The position numbers were made by a program, and so were the translations under genes. A model generated the notes under the pieces. It did not search any database. It saw only the letters and a program-made list of their open reading frames with translations, and was not told where the DNA came from. Of a DNA stretch of 64,000 nucleotides, positions 54,959 to 64,000 are shown one piece after another; position 1 is the stretch's first letter; each line of letters starts with the position of its first letter. This DNA comes from Macrostomum lignano (lineage: Eukaryota): NCBI GenBank assembly GCA_002269645.1, contig NIVC01000946.1, forward strand, positions 337,101-401,100, written 5' to 3'.

Positions 54959-55846
54959 ATGGCATCATCGAAAGAAGCAAGGATATCATCTATTGTCGAG
55001 ATTGCTACGAATTTATCAAGGAAGGATAAGTCATTAATTGGTTGCCGACTTAAAGACTTCTCGGAGAAGGAATTGGAGGCCTTACATGATAGTTTAGAAA
55101 AGTTGGATGGGGTGAGTGAAAAGAAGCCGACCACCCAAAAGAGGAAAGAGAAAGGTTATGTGGAGAATGTGCTAGAGACAATCTATCAGAAGTTAGAGGA
55201 GAACGAAGATAGAGGAGTTAGTGTGTGCGTGGAAGCGATTACACAAGGCCTATCCTACGTTGGTCTCAAGCTTGAAGGTACGACCAAACATGATTTGATT
55301 GAAAGATTTAAGAAAATAAAGTCATCTATTGAAGCTCTATCGATTGCTAAGGCAATGATGCAATTTGAGCAGGGTAGACTTATCTACTATTTAAGCACGA
55401 AGTATCGAATGACAGAGCGAGAGCTGGCCGACTCATTCAACATAACCAGCCGGAAGGTTGAGGATTATAACAAATACTATCAACTCTGCCTTGAATACCC
55501 GGGTTTAATTTTTTCTACCTATTCAATGGGCATAGTAATTAATTATAGTGCTGCGATTTTCAAGAAGGCAAACAACGATGCCAGGTTTAAGGAACTTCTC
55601 AAGATGCAACACGAGACAGTTGCTTTGGTTTTGAAAGATGGCAGTCCTGAAGAAAAGCAAGTTCACCAGTGGTATGAAGACAGTAAGTGATTGCTTCACT
55701 ATTGTGGTAATGTAAGTAAGTTCATATTTTTTAAAGCTTGCTTTTATATTGTAGCTTTCAACGAAGATCCTGACGCGGAAGACAAAGCTGAGAGCGCCGC
55801 CGAAGTCCGAGAGATGTTCGAAGGAGGAAAATGGGTTAAGAAGTAA
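54959..55846 (+). CDS. Putative HTH DNA-binding protein of the element; probably spliced, join(54959..55682,55755..55846)
   Basis: 243-aa ORF with an HTH-like MTERELADSFNITSRKVEDY segment. A GTAAGT donor at 55683 and a TTGTAG acceptor at 55754 extend it in frame with TFNEDPDAEDKAESAAEVREMFEGGKWVKK*. Confidence 0.65.
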
Positions 55847-55887
55847 ATAATTTGCGTGCTATTTCCATAACTATTAAACTGACAATC

Positions 55888-56000
55888 TTTTTAGTGTATA
55901 CATGAATTTTTCTCATAGCTTAGAAAAAATCATGTGTGTGTGTGCACCAAACTCTTTTAGTGTATACATGATTTTTTCTAAGCTATGAGAAAAATTCATG
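55888..56000. other. Pair of 34-bp imperfect palindromes in flip and flop forms
   Basis: 55901-55934 is the exact reverse complement of 55967-56000; both are preceded by ttttagtgtata. Confidence 0.9.
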
Positions 56001-56289
56001 TGCTGTTATAGACACAATGCACCGAGGACAGAGAGAAAAATGGCCATTCATCGAATAAAAAGCGTCCATTGTGCTCCAGCGGAGCAGGCCATTTGTGCCA
56101 TCGGGCACAGCCCGCGAACCATAGGTTCATTTTTGGATAGAGAATCTTTTGTGTTTGCGTCTTCTTTATTTTCTATACAAAAAAGAGTAAAAAAGAGCTA
56201 TAAAATAAAACCGCTCGAGATGCTTGCACACTACCCTTTTCTTTAGTGTCTGCAACTTAATTTTTCTGTTACTAAAAATAGAACAAAAA

Positions 56290-56625
56290 ATGACACACGT
56301 TACACATATGCAAAATCTGAACGAATTGCAGGTAGGAGACCCAGTTGAATACCGAGGTGAGGGTCTTTTTGATGTGGTTGGTACAGCAGCGAATTTCGTT
56401 AAAGACAATATGGGTCTTATAGGCCAAGCAGGCTCTGCAGCAGGTTCTATAACAAACGCTGTAAAGGGCGGAATCGAAGCAGCGAGGGCAGTAGAAGAAC
56501 TAAAGAAATTGAGAGAATTTAACGACACCCTCTCACAAATAAAAGCAATAAAAGATTTGAAACTAGCGCAGGAAACAACTCAAGCCGCACAACCAACAGA
56601 AACCCCACGAAAAGCACACCAATAA
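56290..56625 (+). CDS. Small putative virion (core/membrane-active) precursor protein, 111 aa
   Basis: ATG at 56290; the YRGEG/LFDVVGTAANFVKDNMGLIG segment looks like a GxG protease site followed by an amphipathic helix; located just before the pX-like gene. Confidence 0.55.
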   Translation: MTHVTHMQNLNELQVGDPVEYRGEGLFDVVGTAANFVKDNMGLIGQAGSAAGSITNAVKGGIEAARAVEELKKLREFNDTLSQIKAIKDLKLAQETTQAAQPTETPRKAHQ

Positions 56626-56709
56626 GTAATAAAGATATTCAGGATTTTAATAAAATGTTAACCACAATTAAAGGCGGAAAAGGATTAAAGAAATTTTAAC
56701 AATATAAAA

Positions 56710-57669
56710 ATGGACTCAGTTAATGACGAAAAACGGCTATATTTTATAGGAGAAATTGTAGATACTTTAAATCTAGACGATAATAAACATAGTCACGCAA
56801 TGTTAAAAAGATTGGATCGCTTAGGCAAAAAATTTGACTACGACATCAATACATTTAAACTTGCTGCGAAATATGCACAAGAAGGAAGACCAATATCCTT
56901 TAAGAATCATGGTAGAAATTATAGGCTGACAGACTCCGATGTAAAATTTTTATTGGAGACTCACACTAAAAAGGACGGCGGGTTGTTACCCATTTTACCA
57001 ATTCTTTTAGGACTTGGGGCAGCTGGAGCAGCTGGTTTAGCAGGAAAAAGAATTCATGATAACATAAAACAGTTAGGAGAATTAAAAGCAAAAGAAGGGG
57101 GTATATTACCCCTCGCAACTTTGCTCCCAATAATTTTTGCAGGAATTGGAGCAGCTGGAGGAGTCGCTGGAGGAGCGGCTGGAATTGCAAAAGCAGTAAA
57201 TGACAAAAAAGCCGCGGATGAAAAAGCCAAAAGAGAGGCCGAATTTCAAAGACAGCAAATAACACAGGACGCACAATTCAAACAAAAACTTATAGATACC
57301 ATTAATAGTAGTTCAGCAACAGCAGAGCAAAAAAGAAATGCAGAAGCTAAATTAGCAGCTGGAAAAGGTTTAATTTTAAAAGGAACGACCCAAGGAAGCG
57401 GAGTTGTCGCAGATAAACTACAGGAATTTGGTCAAACTTTAGAAAAAACGGGTGAGAAAGCTAAAGGATTTTTTGACAATATTGGATCCAATTTTAGACC
57501 AGCTGTTCAGAAAATTTTTAATAAGTTAGGAAAAGATTTTAACATCATTGAAAAACATGATGGAAGCGGATTATATCTCGAAATGCGACCAAAAGCAGGT
57601 TCAGGAATTTTCTTAAATTCAAACGTTATGGGAAACGGATTGCTATTACCAAAAGCAGATCTCGAATAG
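56710..57669 (+). CDS. Adenovirus pX(mu)-like / adintovirus-type core protein precursor, 319 aa
   Basis: KKDGG/LLPILPILLGLGAAGAAG and KEGG/ILPLATLLPIIFAGIGAAGGVAGGAAGIAKAVNDKK motifs, plus repeated GKGLIL / GSGLYL / GSGIFL / GNGLLL motifs. Confidence 0.72.
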   Translation: MDSVNDEKRLYFIGEIVDTLNLDDNKHSHAMLKRLDRLGKKFDYDINTFKLAAKYAQEGRPISFKNHGRNYRLTDSDVKFLLETHTKKDGGLLPILPILLGLGAAGAAGLAGKRIHDNIKQLGELKAKEGGILPLATLLPIIFAGIGAAGGVAGGAAGIAKAVNDKKAADEKAKREAEFQRQQITQDAQFKQKLIDTINSSSATAEQKRNAEAKLAAGKGLILKGTTQGSGVVADKLQEFGQTLEKTGEKAKGFFDNIGSNFRPAVQKIFNKLGKDFNIIEKHDGSGLYLEMRPKAGSGIFLNSNVMGNGLLLPKADLE

Positions 57670-57753
57670 GCTCCTGGGGGGAGGGTCTGGACACCAAAAA
57701 CACAAAATTAAAAAATCAATAATTCAAACATTATATAAATTTTATTCTATAAA

Positions 57754-60700
57754 ATGGAAGCAATTTTAGCTCAAATCGACAACCCTGAACTTAGAGCGCA
57801 ATTAATAGCTCAAATCGATGCACAACGAATTGCCGATAGGGCTGAAATAGAAGCAAGAATTAGGGCAGAAAATGAGATACGTTTAGAAAGACAATTAAAT
57901 GATATTAATAACCCCCAACCACAAGGACAAAATGGAGCTGAAGTAATATATATAGATATAGATATAAATACAAATTATAAAGAATATTTTAAACAAATGA
58001 AAGATAAATTAAAGACTATATTAAACAATTATACTATAAGGCCAAATAACAAACGACAGCCAATTAAGTATAAAATAGAAGTTGAAACAGAATTTAAAAA
58101 ACCAAATATTCTTAATGCAAATTCAGAAATTGAAGTAATAAATAACTTTTCACAAGAATCATATAAAACATTATTATCACTGGGAAATTACAACAATCAA
58201 TTCGATCAAATAGAAGCTGAGTTTGATGAATGGATAGATAAGATGACAGAAAACGGATCTGGGTTTATATTTGTTTCATGCAATTCAGCAACAGTAAAGA
58301 TTGCACCCATAGAAATTCTTAAAGGACGATCACATATGAAGCTCAAATTTAAATCACCTATGATTATAAATCCAGACAATAAAGATAATAAATGTTTATT
58401 ATGGTGTTTATTAATTCATAAATATCACAATCAAGTAGAATCACACATTAATAAAATATATAATTATAGACAATATGAGGATGAAATAATAATGAAAAAC
58501 ATATCATACCCAGTAGCAATAGATGATATATATAAGATTGAAAAAATGAATGGTTTAAATATTAATGTGTTTACAATTGAAGAACCAAAAGATCTAGAAG
58601 AAATTTTAACCGATCCAGAATGGTATAAGAAAAGGTGTTATCTTGTTAAGCCAGCAACTGATATAACAGCACCAGATCAAATCGATCTTTTGTACATGCA
58701 GCGCGAAAATGAAACACATTATATATACATAAAGATATTAGTTCTTTTTTAAGAGAAAATAGAAATAGATATCCACTATGTAGAAATTGTTTTACATTTA
58801 AAAAGGATGAAACAGCTCTTAAAAACCACCAACGATTTTGTTTAGATCACAAATTTACTAATGCTATAATGCCAGCATCTGAAGATGCAACCCTAATGTT
58901 CCAACAACATTATATGGCAGTTAAAAAACCAATAGTAATATATGCTGATTTTGAAGCAACAAATGTTCCCTTAAAAGAATCACAGACGGTATCTGATGAC
59001 GGTGAATGCACAAAAAAATTGGCACAACAGTTTCCGAATAGTTATTGTATATATGTACACTCCGTAGCTGATCATATATTTAAATCAAGGATGATTACTT
59101 ACCACGGTAATGATGCAGCTAAGCACATGGCAGAATCATTAGTAAATGTATTTGAATATATTCAAAATCAATATGATAAATTATCAAAAAATATTAATAT
59201 GACAAATAAGGATAGAGACAATTATAAAAATGCAACAAATTGTTTTATGTGCAAAAGATATTTAAGTAAGAAAAATAAGATACGAGAACATTGTCATCTA
59301 ACAGGAAATTATCGAGGGGCAGCATGTAGATCATGTAATGCAAAAGAAGGAAAAGGATGTAAGGAAATACCAGTATTTTTTCATAATGGTTCCGGATATG
59401 ATTTTCATTTCTTAGTTCGAGAATTGCTTCATTTAGGAAAGGATGAATATGAAATAAATATATTACCTAAAACATCAGAAAATTACATATCAATAACATA
59501 TGGTAAGAAATACTCCCATCTAGTTTTTCTAGATTCCTTGAGATTCTTATCAACATCTTTAGCAAATGTTGTTTCATCATTAGTTCCAAAACCATGGGAT
59601 TTAGAAATAGTAAAGAAAAACTTTCCAATCTTATTGAATCGTTTCAAAAAAGAAAAACTATCCGAGGAAGAACTAATGCTATTAACTCGTAAGGGCATCT
59701 ACCCATATGAATATGTAACATCTGAAGACGTATTTTTTCATACCGAATTACCACCCATAGAAAAGTTTTATTCAACATTATCACAAACAAATATAAGTGA
59801 ATCGGATTATGAACACGCTCAAAAAGTATGGAAATACTTTAATTGTAAAACATTTAAAGATTATCATAATCTATATCTTAAAGCAGATGTTCTCCTATTA
59901 GCTGATGCATTTGAAAACTTTAGGAATCATACATATGAGAATTTTAAAATTGATCCCGCATATTGTTTCAGTGCACCGGGATTAACATGGGCTTGTGGTT
60001 TGAAATACACAGATGTTAAGATTGATTTACTAACTGATCATGATATGTTGTTAATGATTGAGAGAGGAATTCGCGGCGGATTCTCAGGTGTACTAGGAGA
60101 TAGATATACTAAAGTAAATAATAAGTATCTTCCAAATTATAATAAAAAAGAAAAATCATCATATGTATTATATCTAGATGCAAACAATTTATACGGTGGT
60201 TGTATGAAACAAAAATTACCAATAGCTGATTTCCAATGGGAAGATGACCCCGATTATTACAAAAATATTCCCGAAGGAAGGGGCTGTATCGTAGAAGTGG
60301 ATTTGCAATATACTCGGGAAGCAAAAGCAAAAACATATAAATATCCTTTAGCTCCAGAGCATTGTTCAGTTAATGAAGATGATTTATCACAAACACAAAA
60401 AGATTATCTTAAAGCAGATAATGCAAAACATCTAGCAACAAAAAAATTAATATTAAATTTACATGATAAGAAAAACTATGTAGTGCATTATAAGCTTCTA
60501 CAATTTTATGAAAAAGGGATTAAAAGTGTCTAAAGTACATCGAACAATATCGTTTATTGAGGAAGATTGGTTAGCTAAATATATTGACTTTAATTCAAAT
60601 CAGAGACAGATGTCAAAAACAAATTTTGAGAAAGATTATTGGAAATTAATGAATAATGCTTTTTATGGAAAAACGGTTGAAAATATTAGAGATAGAACCC

Positions 60701-61740
60701 AATTCCATTTAGAAAAGGATATTGATAAAGCAAAGAAATATTTCTCAAAACCTAACTTTAAAGACTTTATAAAATTTGATGATAACTTTATGGGTATTCA
60801 TATGAGAAATAAAACAACAAAATTTCTTAAACCAATATTTATTGGAATGGTTGTTTTAGATTATGCAAAGCTGTAATGTATGAATATTATTATGATGTTA
60901 TAAATAAAACATGGCCAGATAACTATCCAATATATGCAGACACCGACAGTTTGGTATTTAAGGTTGAAACAGAGGATCGGGCAAAGCCGCGAACCAAAGG
61001 TTCGATGTCTATAAAGATATGGAAAAAATTAAGGATACATTGGATACCTCCGACTATCCGGATAACCATCCTTTAAAATCAGATCAAAATAAAAAAGTTG
61101 TACTTAAAATGAAAGATGAATTAAATAGCAAAATCATAACCGAGTTTATAGCAATAAGATCAAAATGCTATGCATTTAAGGTTTTAGGACAGGAGGGAGA
61201 GGTAAAAAAAATAAAAGGGTATCAAGAGCAGCAGTAAAAAAGATAACATTTGATGATTATAAAAACGTACTTTTAGATTACCTTAATACAATTGAAAATT
61301 ATCATGCTCCACAATATCGATTAAATTCAGATAAGCATCAGATGTTTGTCATCGAGACAGATAAAAAAACATTAAGTCCATTTGATGATAAAAGATATTT
61401 AGATGATAAAATTAAAACATATCCATATGGTTTAAAAGAAGAGATAAAAAATATGATAAAAGATAAAAAACAAAAAGAAGATATAATAAGTAAATATAAT
61501 GAATACAAAGCGGCAATAAATAATTATTATTACGATTGTGATTGTGAATCCGAATGTGATTGTGAATATAATACATTTCTAGAATATGAAAAAGATATAG
61601 ATAATTATTATTCAACATTTCCAAAAGAACTTAAAAAATTAAATAAGGAAAAAGTCTTGAATAACTGGAAGAGATTAACAGAAAAATTACTTATCGGGTC
61701 TGTAAAAACTAAAGCATGTAATTGTTTAGCAAATCATTAA
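57754..61740 (+). pseudogene. polB: Protein-primed family B DNA polymerase (pPolB), ~1330 codons, broken by five frameshifts (real lesions or assembly indels)
   Basis: VIYADFE (ExoI), REHCHLTGNYRGAACRSCN, FHNGSGYDFH (ExoII), KGIYPYEY, YLKADVLLLADAFE (ExoIII), GIRGG, YLDANNLYG (motif A), KLMNNAFYGK (motif B), YADTDS (motif C), LSPFDDKRY. Frame breaks near 58733, 60510, 60874, 61000 and 61220. Confidence 0.95.
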
Positions 61741-61827
61741 CTTCAATTTCATATATTATTGAGCACCAATTATCCTCACAGTCGGCAGGGTAACTTAAAC
61801 AATCCTTTATTTTTTTCCTAAGTTTTT

Positions 61828-62043
61828 TTATTTTTCTAACCAACTATCTATTTCAATTTCAATTACTATTTCAGCATAAACAATATCTTGTCTTAAAAAA
61901 CGTTTTCTTTTATCTATCTCATATCGGATGGGAAACATATCGTCCCCATACTCATGATATTTCTGAGATATAATTATATTTATTTTTTTATTAATATCAT
62001 TAAGTTCACGCTCTTTAGTGATAAGGATTTTTATCGTATCCAT
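61828..62043 (-). CDS. Small hypothetical protein of the element (71 aa)
   Basis: ATG ORF with the element's AT-rich codon usage, preceded by tataagaaaATG. Confidence 0.4.
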   Translation of the reverse strand: MDTIKILITKERELNDINKKINIIISQKYHEYGDDMFPIRYEIDKRKRFLRQDIVYAEIVIEIEIDSWLEK

Positions 62044-62058
62044 TTTCTTATAAAAAAT

Positions 62059-62389
62059 TTAGTCTTCGTCGTCATCCTCCCAAACAGCCGCCAATTTTAC
62101 AGTCCTATCACTCTTTTTATTATTTGTTTGTTTTAGTTTAAATTGCAATCCACCCTCGTTGCAGTATTTCATAACAAACGCTTTAGGTTTATTAATAACT
62201 AAAACAGGAAAATTTTTAACATCATCTCCGCTTAGACATAAAATTTTTGCCCATCTAATTGTAAAAATATTGATTGAAGCCAATAAATTTAACCTGTCTC
62301 AAACATAATATTATATTCTTTATTCTCCAACATATTGGGTGTGAGATAATTAATCACATTAGAATCGGTTTTGAACCAGCTCTCCATTT
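62059..62389 (-). CDS. Small hypothetical protein(s) of the element, possibly one frameshifted gene (MESWFKTDSN... / ...WAKILCLSGDDVKNFPVLVINKP...WEDDDED)
   Basis: Two abutting minus-strand ORFs in different frames. Confidence 0.35.
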
Positions 62390-62907
62390 TTAATCTAAAA
62401 AATAAAAAAAAATGAAAGACATTTATGTTTGTAATAAATGTAATGTGACTATGCACAGAGGGCAAACAGCAAACGGAGATATATATCATATGTGTTATTC
62501 ATGTTCTAAAATATATCAATTTGAAAAAACAAAAAAGATTGAAAACTCATATTACTATTTTAAAAAACAATTTTAAGAAATCTTACAAGAGACATTTCTG
62601 ATCCAATTTTAATTCCCGGAAATAATGTTTATTTATATAATAACTTTTTCCATTTAAATAAAGGAAAGGGATTAAGTTCGAAAGACTCCGAAAGGATTTT
62701 AATTTTAGTTGGATATTATTTCAATTTTCTTATTCGAGAGAATACAAAGTTTATAAGGATAGGTAACATACCTAACGAAATGTTACTGAAAAAGTCATTG
62801 GAATTTTTATGTATTGATAAAAAATTTAAACCTAGAATCAGAAGAGAGTTACCACTTTGGGAAGAATATATAACATATGCATTAAATAAATTAAACAACA
62901 TTAAGTT

Positions 62908-63521
62908 CTACAGCACTTCCTGACCGCGGGCTTTGTGCCCAGTAGCAATAGTTTCAGGTTCGTAAATGCCTAATGTTTCTATCGGTGGAGCTTTGGGTTT
63001 ATCGAGTCTCAACTCTTTTAATTCCATATCGGTAAAAGTTTCAACATCTAAAATTCTATTTCTATCTTTTAAATATTTTTCATATAATTCAACCGCGGTT
63101 GATAATTCATGAATCGTTATCTCTCCGTCATCCAATATTTTTTGCACATATAAATATAATGATTTTTATATTGCTTGGCAACATCTCTTAAAGATTTATA
63201 TTTTTCCTTTCTTTTTTTAAGATATAATTTAATTGCTAAAAGTATTGATAAGTTCCTGATCAATTCAAAACCTGATATTGAGCCAATTGAAATACCTAAA
63301 AATAATTGAGATAAATTAAGAGTTGGAATAGATTGTAAAATACCTAAAACGATTACACATAACATTGATAAGCTTCCAAATCCAATATTGAAAAAATCCA
63401 TATTTCTTATATGGTTTGAAACTCTTCTTACTTTTTTAGTATATAAATCATAATCATAGTTAATACGATCAACATTACTTAACATCTGACCTTTACGTTG
63501 GTTGAACCGGTCGCGTTCCAT
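62908..63521 (-). pseudogene. Two-TM membrane protein of the element, split by a frameshift near 63147
   Basis: ORF 63117-63521 has two hydrophobic helices (FFNIGFGSLSMLCVIVLGIL; LFLGISIGSISGFELI) followed by a basic stretch, and overlaps ORF 62908-63147 (QKILDDGEITIHELSTAVELYEKY). Confidence 0.55.
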
Positions 63522-63629
63522 TTATCTGCTTCAGATACCGACATTCTCGTCTATTTTTAATAGCACCAAAATGAATTCCCCACGCTCTTTGGGGATTTGT
63601 CCCGAGCTCAATAGGTATTGTATTGGAGT

Positions 63630-63857
63630 TTATTCTTTCTTTTTTCTCCATTTAAATCCTATTTTCCAAAACTCTTGAAGTATAATATGATTTTTTAATA
63701 ACTTAATTAATTCTTGAAGTTTCTTATTATCCTGAACATTTACAGTACTAAATAAAAATTTGGTATGAGATTTGAATGTTTTTATATTTGATTCTTGTTT
63801 AGGAATAGGAATAATAACATTATTTTGCCGCATCGATGGAGTTCTACTAAAAGCCAT
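63630..63857 (-). CDS. Small basic hypothetical protein of the element (75 aa)
   Basis: ATG ORF preceded by TATATAAAATG. Confidence 0.4.
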   Translation of the reverse strand: MAFSRTPSMRQNNVIIPIPKQESNIKTFKSHTKFLFSTVNVQDNKKLQELIKLLKNHIILQEFWKIGFKWRKKKE

Positions 63858-64000
63858 TTTATATATAAATATTTAAGTTATTTCGGTTTGTGGCCGTTCC
63901 AAATATGCGGTCGCAGCAAAATCATATCCTGCTGATGTGCTACCACAAACGGCTGCACACGAATAAAATGTGCAGCATCCGATCCTCGCAGTTCGAGCAC

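Larger units (their letters stand above)
54216..64000 (+). mobile_element. Polinton/Maverick (adintovirus-like) endogenous element, left part; continues beyond the window
   Basis: AGTAGT terminus at 54216; abrupt switch to AT-rich, gene-dense, nearly intronless DNA; protein-primed PolB and a pX-like GG-motif protein. No integrase, ATPase, protease or capsid gene is seen within the window. Confidence 0.85.

Overview
Animal (metazoan) genomic DNA: GC-rich spliced exons separated by AT-rich spacers full of mini/microsatellites. The style suggests a repeat-rich invertebrate such as a free-living flatworm (inference only). From left to right the window contains: (1) the 3' part of a front-end fatty acid desaturase gene; (2) a small intronless ORF of unknown function; (3) two intronless paralogous genes for single-pass, Cys-rich membrane proteins with a partial LDLa-like motif, with a foldback/MITE-like element between them; (4) an intronless non-alpha nicotinic-type Cys-loop channel subunit on the minus strand; (5) a ~30 kb minus-strand gene of at least 30 exons (8175 coding nt, at least 2725 aa, phases checked by hand) encoding a divergent IP3-receptor/RyR-superfamily channel, which lacks the GGGxGD selectivity filter and several IP3-binding residues, and in which almost every larger intron carries its own tandem repeat or SINE; (6) from ~54.2 kb to the window end, an AT-rich Polinton/Maverick (adintovirus-like) element. 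That element has AGTAGT termini, a frameshifted protein-primed PolB, a pX-like virion protein, a probably spliced HTH gene and a pair of flip/flop imperfect hairpins.
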